DNA of 61,696 nucleotides, filler included, from Porpidia crustulata (taxonomy: Eukaryota), in assembly GCA_964255105.1 (NCBI GenBank). It is 4 parts of 4 records of this genome, joined end to end, with 100 filler letters (N's around TTAATTAATTAA, not from the genome) between each part and the next. Parts side by side here need not be neighbours in the genome. Positions count along the whole stretch, not along the records: positions 46,383 to 61,696 come from CAXUWE010000321.1; 3 more parts are not named here. One strand, 5' to 3'. The notes beneath the pieces were generated by a model. That model was not told where the DNA came from, ran no database searches, and saw nothing but the letters and a program-made list of their open reading frames with translations. Position numbers and translations under genes: made by a program. Positions 46,958-58,426 of this stretch are shown piece by piece; the first letter of the stretch is position 1, and the number at the start of each line of letters is the position of its first letter.

Positions 46958-49472
46958 TTATATGCTCACGCCATCCATCCCATTCACCAATTCCGTCCCT
47001 ATCTCTGTGTCCACAAGCCCTTTTCCGCCACCGTTCTTCGCCAAAATGTCCTTGAGACATCCTGCACTCACCGCTACGAATCCCAAGTAGGGTTTGCTAG
47101 GCCTTAATACCCGGCTGAGATATTCTGGATGGTACTGCGTCCCCACATACCAAGGATGGTCTTTGAGCTCTAGAATCTCCATACGCTCACCCGAATCATC
47201 TTTGCCGATGAAACAGAGACCGTGCGAGGAGAGCTTATCAACGTACGCGGGATTGACTTCATAGCGATGGCGATGACGCTCAGAAATAGATGGCGGGGTG
47301 GTGGGATCAGATTTGGTGGTCACGGCGCCGTTGGCTGTAGTACCATTGATTGTGATGCCACTTCCATGGATGGACTCCCCTTTTTGGGGGGTCGCTGATG
47401 ATTCACCGTACAGGGCGCGTAGTTTACTCCACTCACTATTCGACTGGAACCACGTTTGGCGTAATCCCAGTCTCATCGTCGCGCCCATTGTTGCTCGGTC
47501 GATTTCAGGCATGAAGATAATGACAGGGTCAGGAGTCCGCTCGTCGAGTTCGATCGAAGCGGCTTTCGGTACGTTACATACATTTCGAGCGTACTCTATC
47601 ACAGCTATTTGCATGCCTGAGTTATAGCCGTTAGCCATACGACCGCTTTGCAGTCTCTATGTCCACTTACCTAGGCATATCCCTAAAAATGGAACATTAT
47701 TCAGACGTGCCCATTTTGCAGCTTCGATCATTCCTTCCGTGCCCCGGTGGCCGAAACCACCGGGAACAAGGATACCGTCAGCAGTGCAGATCTCATGCCA
47801 TGCTTTGTGGAAGTCTGCTGGGGAATTCGCAGAAGCGGCAGGCTCCAAATGAGATGCGTCAACCCATATTAGATTTAATTTACGTGAACAAGCCATAGCG
47901 GCATGTTCTAGCGACTTGACGACGGAAAGATAGCTGTCGTGAAGGCTGGTATACTTGCCTACAAGCGCAATAGTAACTGACTGGTGAAGGTGGTCCTGGG
48001 ATGTTGTGAGTGTTTGCCAAGCCTTCCACGTTCGAGAGCCCCTCTGGATTAGAGATGACGAGATCGTGAGTTCATCAAGGCGAAGGATGTTACGCAGAAC
48101 AGGGATGAGGCCTTGCGTTTCTATAGCGTTCCAAATTAGACATCTGGAGAGGTCGTTTGTAAGCGTAACGTACCGAGTAGAGCAGGAACGTGATAAGTAG
48201 AAGATACATCATGGACGGCTATGACTTGGTTTGGCTCTACCTGGCAGAATTGGGCAATCTTATCTATGGTAGCTTTTTCAAGGGGTTTGGGACATCGACA
48301 GGCAATCTGTGACTGTAAGCTATGGTACAGTGTCTACGAGAGCCTACCTTAAGACAGAACCTACTAGATCAGGTCTCAAACTAGTGAAACAGTCAGCCAG
48401 ATACTTTCAACAGTGTTATTTTACTCGCGAATGGATCAGAGAACATACCCGGCGGACTGCACACTACGTCAGCATGTATCCTCACATTCTTGAGAGGTTT
48501 AAGCATTTCTGAGCATACCCTGACATCCCGTATAGCTTGCTGAGTCGGTTTAGTCTTTTGTTCGCCTACGATTACTGGCACCTATGACTGAGTGAGCTTA
48601 AACTCAGCAGGTACCAAAAAATTGCCCGTTTACATATGAGACATGGATTTGTAAGAAATTGTCTTTGCCAGCTCTTCTTCTCAACTGTCTCATACTTTCG
48701 ATAAAAGGACCAGACTCGATGTCTCTGTTCCATATGTCAGCCTGGCTGTGTATATATGAACATCATCTTAATGTCATTATAACATACCCCACAGTTCCAC
48801 CGAGCTCTATGATACAGACATCTGGCACTTCATTGGTGTCGTCCACCGGTATTCTTGCAACACGTTCTATCCAGTCTTGCACTGCGTCCGTAAGGTGAGG
48901 AACCACTTGTACTGTCCGTCCAAGGTAGTCTCCTCTGCGCTCTCTCTCAATTACGTGTTGATATATTTTGCCTGTAGTGATGTTGTTTTCTCGAGTCAAG
49001 GTAATGTTGAGGTATCGCTCGTAGTTTCCCAAGTCTAAGTCGACTTCTCCACCATCGTCAAGAACAAATACCTCCCCATGTCTGTAACAGTATTTAGCCT
49101 CGGTCGTCTATCAGGGTTACCTGCCGGGAATAATGACATACTCTGTGGGCGCCATTGTTCCAGCATCGACGTTCATGTAAGGATCGATCTTGATCGACGT
49201 GACGTGCAAAGTTCATCAGCTTCCCTTGCCATGTTTGGCAATTGCCACGCGCCATTGAAGGTCACATATCTTCAATCCTATGGTCTTGAGCAGGAGACCC
49301 GTGGAGGAGGCTTTGTTTGCGTCAGAAATGCTTTTCCGTAATCGCGTAGAGTGATTTTGGGGGCGCACCAATTATTCCCTTCCCAATGCCACTTATGACA
49401 CCTTTGAAACGTCAGAGAACTGCCAAGCCTCGAGGTATCATGCTTGCCTCCTGATACTACAACGTATTTCAT
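46958..49472 (-). CDS. URA7: CTP synthase, 12 exons / 11 introns
   Basis: Manual splicing gives [50 protein letters not shown]...GNYERYL...ELGGTVGDIES...GICLGMQ...[10 protein letters not shown]...QYHPEY. Confidence 0.97.
49204..49269 (-). other. AT-AC spliceosomal intron with U2-type signals (intron 3 of CTP synthase)
   Basis: AAG|ATATGT...GCTGAT...TTTGCAC|GTC. Removal restores [12 protein letters not shown]; retention reads into TGA TGA. Confidence 0.85.
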
Positions 49473-49835
49473 GGTTGCGATTTAGGGTTGTCGTCCGAGT
49501 CCTGTCGTTCGAGTCCTCCCGATTGACCGTTGAGAATAATCTATAAGGTTGGTACTTATCACATGCATAGACTGGAAATGGGAGAGCAATCACACAGAAA
49601 GTCGAGCTTGATCGTCTATAGTACTGTTGGATTGATTATAAGTATTCTTTGATTGAATCTAGAAAATTTGGAAGCACAACTTCACAGCAAAGTAAATTTC
49701 CCAAGAACTCTGCGCATGGTTTGACAGTACCGCAACTTCAAGTACAATTCAGCCTCATCATGTGCCCGGATTTTGGGGGCTTGAAGCTTTTCAAGCATCG
49801 TCTGGATAGAGAGACCAGTCTGCTCTACTTCATAA

Positions 49836-52800
49836 TCAACTCCATCTACCCGCCTCCCTCTCTTTCTCTACCCGCGTTGCCCTGGCCTCATTTGTTTCTT
49901 CGTCCTCGTACTTGTAACTCACTCTCCTGCCAATCCCACCTGCCCTGCCATTCACTTGGTTGTCCCTTGTTTTCCCTCCCGTAGGCTTACCCTCCATAGC
50001 CTCCCGTCTTTGTAATTCCTTGAGCAGCCGCTCCCGATTTCGAGCAGCACGCTCAAGCTCATGGTGGTCTAACTCGGGTTCCTTCGGGAGTTCGGCGGGT
50101 TTTTCAACAGGTTTCCCTTGACTTCGTTTCACTGAATCATGTTTAGAGCTTGCGTCTGTTCCATCGCGCTTACTATGCCTTGATCGCGCCTGATTCTCCT
50201 TATTCTCGGCAGATTCAGGATAATCGATCTTTGAACGTTTTCGGTCCTGATCGTGATGGCTGTCCTCCTCAACTCTATCACGACGCTTTCGTGTCGAGGA
50301 GGTTGGCTCATTTTTTATTTCTTTATACCGACTCTCACTTAGTTTGACGTTGTCGATGGTCTCCCTACTTCTGATTGCAACTGGACCGCTCTCAGGGGAT
50401 TTCGTCCGTTTTCTGCTGGTTCTAGTCTCTCCTGCTACGTCTTTACTCCTCTCCTCTTTTGACCTATGAGAGCGGTGACTACTCCGTACTCCCTCTCGGT
50501 CTTTGTCTGATTCACGGTGGCTCCTGTGTGAAGACTTCTTAGACTCAGATGGAGCATCAACAGCCCGTTCATCTTTTACTTCTTGGCTTGGATCTTTATT
50601 ATCGTCGTACTTACGTGAACGACGATGATGGCGCTCTCGCCGCCTCTCATGCCCGCTAGTGTCAGAGCTGCTCACGGAGCGATGGCGGTATGAGCGGTGG
50701 CGATGGGATTGGCGTGATGGGGATCGTGTGCGAGTGCGAGAGCGGCTGCGTAACCGTTAGTCTTTGTAGCGAGTAAGTGGGCACCGAGAAATTCGATAGG
50801 TACCTTCTTGACCTCGCATGGCCAGTAGGTCGAGCTTGTGCAGCAGCCGATGCACGCCCGACAATGGAGAAGCCTCTGCCACCCCGCATCCCTGTATTGG
50901 GAAGGCCTTGTCTCAACGCTTTCGGAGCCTTTGGCGCACCTTCGACGCCTAACCCTTTTGGTTCGACTGAAGCAACAACAGCTACTTCCGTCGCTACATT
51001 CGGCTGCCCTGTAATCAAGTAAGGTGCCGCCCCATTGAGCATGTGACCTGAGCCACGGCCTCGTACACCTCCTCGATAATCTGGCGCCCCTCTAATGTAT
51101 CCACGGCTGACGCCACGGCCTCTGAATGCATAGTCCGCATGCTGCTCCCCGGAATACAATGCTGCAGGACCGAGAGGAACTACGTGGCTAGAAGGCATCA
51201 CTGTGGAGGTGACCGCACCCTCCCCGCCAAATACGTGTGTCTTCGATTCAGTCTCGTCACTGGAAATAAACGTCTCTATGGCTGCGGGATTATCATTTCC
51301 GTTTCTTACAGGTTGCCGGTCAACTGTGGCCTGGCTCACGATGGCTGGAGTTGTCTCTGGAGCCTGAATCGGTTCTTCAACAACCTCTTGGGGAGGGGTA
51401 GGGTTAGTAGCGGCCTGTAAAGTATCATCTGTATCGCCAGGTTCCAATTCTTTAGCAAGCTGCTCGTCAGCTGCTTTATCCATGGCTGCTTGATCAACGC
51501 TCTTTTCGTTGACCTGATCATTCTGTGGGCTGTCTGTAGCGGGCTGCTGATTCACCTGGGCTGGCGTTTGCTGTTGCGAAGAAGCTCGCTGTGGAAGCTG
51601 CTGTGGAATCTGATGGTGGAATGGCTCGTAGTTAGTCTGATTACCTGGCATTACCTGATTATAGCCACCTCGGCCACGACCCGCATTCTGATATCCACGA
51701 CCTCGACCACGGCCTCGGTTGTGAAACCCTTGTCCATTGTATCCACTTTGGAAATCATTATTTGGATATTGTTGGTGATGCATCTGGTTGAAGTTTCCTT
51801 GATGCGATGGCATATTATATCCACCAAATCCAGCACTAGACCCAAAATCACCACCCATACCATTGGCATGACCGCCATATGCAGTTTGATTGAATTTATC
51901 TTGTCCTGCGTTCCAAGCTCCGGGCTGCCCGTTGAATCCTCCAAACGCTCCCTGTCCAGCATTGAAGCCCATACCGACATTCATGCCATTCATCCCCATA
52001 CCTTGCCCGCCGAATCCACCATACATACCCTGGGACATGGCTATTGGGTCTAAACCCATTCCTGGCATTCCTATGTATGTATCGTTAGTGTCCGAAATGA
52101 ACGTAGTAAGCCTTGGCGGTACTTACCCATCATATTGGGAAACGCACTCATTGCATTATTTGACATCTCATTTGGCATGAACTGCAGCATCTGACTGAAA
52201 TCTGGTACGCCATTGTAGCCCATGTTTGCAAAACCAGCTGTGCCATCGAAACCGAAACTATTGCTGTTCATGCCCTGCCCGATCCCATTGACCAACGGCC
52301 ACTGTCCGTTGGAACCAGGCTGCTGGTCCTGTCTCTGTCCATGCTGGTCCTGCTCTTGCTCGCCCTGGGCAACCTTCTCTTGTACCCCATTGATTCCACC
52401 ATTAATTCCCTCCGAGGATTTACTGGGTTGCATCTCTACTTGAGAAGACTATGTTGCGTCAATAATAACCTCAAAATGAGCCGTTGAATATACCTCAATA
52501 GAAGGCCTCGCAATGTCCATCTGTGCTGCTTCAGGAAGAATCTGAGTACCACTTTGGGAGTCTGACTCTTTCGGAGCTTCCGGCGCCTGAGCGACTTCAT
52601 TAGACCCTTGTGTGGGTTCAGCTCTCACTTCAACATCACCAGCTGAAGGTAGTATAGGGGTTTGAGATGGCTGGTGGTTGGGTGTATTATCAACCAAAAT
52701 TATATCCGTAGCTGCTGCAGTAGCTGCTGCCTGGTCGACCATTTCTTTCTTTCGCGCTGTTTCGCGCTCTATACCTTTCTTCTTCAAAAACACCTTGATG

Positions 52801-53132
52801 GTAGTTCGAAGAGCTTTGTTAGGTCGACAATCCTCTGCCTTGACCGGCTCGTGAAGGCAAATAGGACAAGCTTGGGGAAGCGATGACTGGCCTTCTTGGG
52901 TCAGGACCTGCAAAGATAGCCATGGCGTAGCAATTGGACTCACAATCTTCGCATATGGATTGATCACAGCATGGCGTGCGGAATGCATTGTGTGCTAACT
53001 TGTTGCAGGCCGCGCAACGGAGTTTTACTGGTATCTCATCTATCGTCAGTGACCTAGATTAATGTTAATCTTAGCTCTCCCTAATGAACAGCCAGGGACT
53101 GACGCAGAGATCTCAGCTGTTGTTGCAGCCAT
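49836..53132 (-). CDS. RING-type zinc-finger protein (RBBP6/Mpe1-like RING) with Gly/Met-rich, RGG and RS-like regions, 6 exons
   Basis: IPVKLRCAACNKLAHNAFRTPCCDQSICEDCQSSLPQACPIC...PNKALR, RGRGRGRG tracts and a charged RS tail. Four ORF-track pieces join by GT-AG introns. Confidence 0.8.
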
Positions 53133-53931
53133 CGCGATTTATGTTTCGAAGTTCAGAAGAAGATGCTGTGAGATTAGGTCGTGCAGTAGATGAAAGTAGA
53201 GGTTCTAGAGAGTGATCCAGGGAAGGAATTGGACCACTCAACGACGATTGCTACCATGAGCGTGGACTACGTAAAGATGATTAATTGACATAAGTATGGA
53301 TCATGAACGAAGTTAGAGAAAGAAGTGAAACTCTATGAAGATAGTATATGAAGTGATGTCCGTGGTGGTATTGAAGAGCTTCATACCAAACGCGCTAGTA
53401 AAGACAAGTAAGGTACGCTAGTGAATCATTGTATTTTTCGCCGATAGGGCTGAGTACAAGGAGTCTTATTGTTGGGAGGGATGGGTATTGTAAACGGAAG
53501 CCATTGACAATAAGCTATTGTATACAAAGCGTGTGGGCAAAGCGTGTCAGGCCGCATTTCACCCCTTCAGATCAAACTCTCCCCCTTTAGATATTCATGT
53601 TGCAAGGACTAGAGAGGACCTTTGATTAAGGTATGATACTAGGCCAGATCTCGTACTTGGATTGCCTTATCTTCTTGCTATCCCTAGGTCAGTCAGTGCA
53701 TCTACTTATCTCAATTCTCAAAAACTGTCTCAGAAATCTACTTATGGTTGTTCGGCAAGCCGCTGCCCTATGACATTGTCAACCTTCTAGCTTCTCCTGT
53801 ACTTGCTTTAGATATCTTGACCTAACCTCATCCCTATGTGCAAGTCTTGCTTGACACCTCAATTCTGATACCTGCTTTGCATTACGGATGGCTGCCTTGG
53901 AAAGTTGACTGACAGTGGACCTACCTTCTCA

Positions 53932-55233
53932 GCTCCACAATTATCGATTCAAATTGGACCTATCGATACTCTCGTTTGCATTTTCCGAGCACTTCCTTTC
54001 TTTGGTACGGTCTTATTTCCCGCAATATCGCTTGATCAGCTCGATTTCTGAACAAATGCAGTCCTAAAATTGCCATATCAATTTATTTCTGAGAGGTATC
54101 TTACAAAGAAGATATATAGATCATCATTTGTGCAGCAGGCATCACCATTCCAAGACGTTGTCATTCGATGCGTTCGCTATGCCTTTGCCAATATTCCAGC
54201 TCAAATAGGAAGAGTGTTCTTTTCCAAGGAAGTGTCTCTCCCATTCCTGCGGTTCCGTATGCTGCGCCATGGGTATTTCCGATCACCAATTCATTGGCAA
54301 GAGGTTCTCCTGGTATGTGGTCTGCCAGCAAAGGAAGGCTTTTGCTTCAGATCGCTATGTTTACGCCATGCCTTTAGGAAAAAGTCCATGGCTTATGGAT
54401 AATACCTGACGAGCTGCAAGAGCCTGATGTCATAGTCTACTATTGCCATGGTAAGCCTATTTCAATAACAGCCTTGTAGTCCCTATGATTCGCAGTGGCT
54501 AATAGAATAAGGCGGTGGCTTCTCAATGGGGTCGAGCTACTTCTATCTTGAATTTCTCTTGGCATGGGTTAGCCTGCTAAAGGATGCTGGATATCGTAAT
54601 CCCGCCATCTTCGCCTTGGAGTACTCGCTCGTGCCTGATGCAGCTCACCCAACTCAGCTCGAGGAAACTATCTCTGGCTATGAATATGTATATTCCATCA
54701 CTGGAGATGCTTCAAAGATATGTGTAGGCGGAGATTCGGCGGGCGCAACACTGGTCTTGGGCTTAATGCTACATAATTCTGCATCGCCAAAGTATCAGGC
54801 GCACCGACCCGGTTATGCTGCATTGATATCTCCTTGGGTGACAGTGGTCAGTCCGAATAACAGAAACACCAGAAGCGACTACCTCGACGCAGATAGTCTC
54901 CACCGATATGGGCGTCAGTACGCAGCTACTGAGTCTAACCTGCAAGATCCTCTCGTATCCCCAGGAGTCTGCAAGGATGTGGATCGGTGGGCAAAGGCAT
55001 CACCTTTGTCAGGTTTCTCAATCATGTATGGCACTGAAGAGGTTTTTGGTCCAGAGATACGAGAATTTGTCGCTGTACTACGTAAGAGTGGCTGTGCTGT
55101 CCATGTTAGAGAAGAGCCCGGAAGCATACATGCATGGCCAGTTGCTACTATGTTCCTGTCCGATACGCCAGACGAGAGGCAGAAAGGTCTCAAGGACCTG
55201 GTAAAAATGATCAAGCGAAACATCAAATTGTAA
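53932..55233 (+). CDS. HSL-family alpha/beta hydrolase (Say1-like); start codon unresolved
   Basis: YCH-GGGF oxyanion motif across an intron, GGDSAG nucleophile, LISPWV and HAWP. Confidence 0.85.
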
Positions 55234-56161
55234 TCAATAATTTATGAGAGCATGTGAGCAAGTTGACAATCATACTCAATTGCGGACATATTTGGATATT
55301 CTGTCGCTCAAAGTCATTGCGTAACGATATATTTATTGATGTAGATTACAGTTCACACTTCATCCTGAACCAACCGTTACCCTAAGTAACGATATATCTG
55401 CATAGAAGATCGAGCTATGTTGCTTTTGAAGTCATATTAGTGAATGAGCCTCTGCTCGAAGTGGTAAGTCCTTATGTCAGACAACCCATCATCGTATATT
55501 CGGGGCTTTGCATATTCGAGTATGTCGACTTGCTCATGTGTTCCCAACATCATAATAAGTTCTGGTCTTTACGCAGCCGACAACTCTTGCTTGTTTATTG
55601 AGAATGTGGTCAGTACGGACACGAATTCGACATTGAAAGGATACAAATAGTCATCACGGTCCTATTACACATCAAAGTGAAAGGAAATAAGAATTAGTAG
55701 CCCTTCAATCGTCCATAGTACCTGAGGCTCATCCTGTGAGGTGGTCGAAAAAGCCTATTATAACGCCATGGATCATCGTTCCATCACCAAGTCTGGGGCA
55801 AGTCTGAACGACTGAATATCGCCCTCTGCTTCTCCATAAGCTAGTAGTCTAAGAGGAACTTACTCGTTAGCTATGCTTGTATATGCCGTGGGTGTTATAA
55901 CAACTTCTGAGTAGGGAATTTGATGCCAACGTCTGGTTGCTTCTGGAGACCCTAATCTGCAGACGGGTCTAAAGTCTAAAGTCCGTGAGGGGATTCTCGG
56001 ATGACGCGGGTTGCTTATCGCTCCCAGAGCTTCAGGTTCATGCCAAGCTTGTCAACACCTTTATGTCTCGATTTGCTGCACTCCGTTGACCTATTGAGTT
56101 TCAACTTATTCTAGGCAAGCTACATAGACTTATCCTCAGCTTGTCCCAGCTTCGAACGAAC

Positions 56162-57322
56162 ATGGCGGCATCGAAGATGCAAGGTCGCGCGCCTTCAAAA
56201 GGCGGAATAGAGCTATACTCGCCAACGTACTTTGGTGCCTGTGCTCTGGGAGGGATCATATCCTGTGGCCCTACACATGCGTGTAATACCCTGGTTCTTA
56301 TGTTGCCATTTATCCGCTAACAATCTAGCAGCTGTCACGCCTCTAGATCTTGTGAGCCCCTCACTTCCAATCTGCTTGAAACCATTTCCTGAGGTTCTTG
56401 ACTACAAAGGTCAAGTGTCGCCGGCAGGTCGATCCAAAATCGTATACCTCCAATCTACAGGCATGGCGCAGTATCTACTCAAAAGAGGGCATCCGCGGTA
56501 TCTTCTTCGGATGGTCTCCCACCGCTGTCGGATACTCTTTCCAGGGTGCTGGCAAATATGGATTCTATGAGGTGTTCAAATACCTCTACGGGGACAAAAT
56601 GTTCCCGAATGCAAACAAGACTGTTGTCTACTTGGCAGCATCCGCGTCTGCAGAATTCTTTGCCGACATGGCTCTGTGTCCCTTCGAGGCTATCAAGGTC
56701 AGAATGCAGACAACTCTCCCTCCCTTTGCGCATTCTCTGAGGGAAGGATGGTCAAAAGTCACTGCCAAGGAAGGTACAAAAGGTCTTTATAAGGGATTGC
56801 AGCCGCTGTGGGGCCGTCAAATTCCATACACTATGGTCAAATTTGCAACTTTTGAAACCACGGTGAATTATATATACGCGACACTTGGGAAGCCCAAGGA
56901 AAGCTACAATGGACTACAGCAGACTGGAGTATCATTTCTAGGCGGTTACATCGCTGGTATTGGGTGTGCCGTGATCAGCCATCCAGCGGATGTCATGGTT
57001 AGCAAATTGAATGCTGACAGACAACGTGGGTCTCCATTTCATGCGTCGCTCAAATGTGTATTTCCATTCTAACGACGAGTTCAGCTGGCGAGAGTGCTGG
57101 TAAGGCAATGTCAAGGATTTATGGTAATATCGGATTCAGAGGGTTATGGAATGGTCTTCCGGTCAGAATTGGCATGATTGGTACCCTAAGTATGTTCTCT
57201 TCTTTTTTGGCTCAATTGAATTAGGGAGGGGCTGATGACTCTATCCCACAGCGGCTTTCCAATGGTTAATCTACGATTCGTTCAAAGTTTCACTTGGCTT
57301 TCCGACCACTGGCGGTCACTGA
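56162..57322 (+). CDS. Mitochondrial phosphate carrier (PIC2/MIR1 family), 5 exons
   Basis: [55 protein letters not shown] and [10 protein letters not shown]. Confidence 0.95.
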
Positions 57323-57930
57323 CCATCGAATGGTACGCAGGACGCTGTGACTTATTTCTCAATATGGGTGAGGCATTGGCATGAGTCACGGTTCCGTACT
57401 ACACAGCAATAAAACGACCCCCTTTCTTTCCCAACCTTCTGCAAAAAATTCTGTGGTCACAGAATGTCACTCGAAACCATTGACTTATAGAACATCGGTA
57501 GAATCGAAACCTAGAATGACTAATCAATATCAAATCTACCGGACATATAAACACACAAAATTAGGGGTCGGATTTTAAATTGAGAATTACATGAATTATC
57601 GGTAGCACTTGAACAGCTTTACTAAGCTCTATCTATATCACTGGGCACCCTTTGGTTACGGCCATCAAACATGATTCCATATTAAAAGAGGGTACCAACT
57701 GGTAAACGATCGGATGGGTAGAAATATCTACTACTTTCTATTGCTCCCAACCTGCAACTGTTCAGCAGGAGCAACGTGGTTTCGAGCTGGTCTACTAACT
57801 TACATATTCCTCAGTACGCGTTACTAGTACAATTTCTTCGTCTCCAATCAAGGAATCCGAATCCTTAGGAAGTCTGTGCTAGCCCTGATCGCTTTTATCC
57901 CACAAATCCGGCATCACATTCAGGCATTCA

Positions 57931-58089
57931 TACTCGTTTATACCCAGCAACGAGCCACGCTAAGCCTCGAGGGTTAGGGATATGGAGACTCTAGGGTTAG
58001 GGTTAGAATAGTGATGTGAAAGCCAACTATTTCTCCATAACCCTAGCCCTTAAGGCTTAGCGTGGCTCGTTGCTGGATAAATACGAGTA
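57931..58089. mobile_element. MITE-like element (155 bp plus TA flanks) with telomeric repeats
   Basis: 56-bp TIRs (about 49/56 match) beginning CTCGT, TA on both sides, TAGGGTTAGGGTTAG at 57992-58006 and AGGGTTAGGG inside the arm. Confidence 0.85.
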
Positions 58090-58426
58090 AGTCGGTTTTA
58101 GGCAATCTTGAAATGGAAATGGTAGGGAAATGCCTTACGTTTCAATATTACATACTATTCCCTGATAAGAACTTACTCCAAAAGTTTCATCCAATCTTGT
58201 GAGCCCATGAGTGTTGTTGTCTATTGAGCCCTGCTCTTTTATAAGGACGGTGCAGGGAGGAGTGATCGCTTTTCTCATTACCTGCATGCTAGTAGGGCAA
58301 CCCTAGCCCTGTTTGACGGGTAGATCCTTTGGGTATCTCGGCTCGATCGACGCCGAGCAACGACAAGGGTAGGGTTACTGTAAATGACTTGGCTTCATCG
58401 TGGACATCACTTTACAGTGGTCTATA

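Noticed and set aside
49204..49269. Interpretation as a U12 minor-spliceosome intron
   Set aside because: Lacks the ATATCCTT donor and TCCTTAAC branch consensus; signals are U2-like.
57970..58051. TTAGGG repeats as a true telomere or telomerase RNA template
   Set aside because: Only 2-3 units, internal, and embedded in an inverted-repeat element. No other telomerase RNA features recognised.
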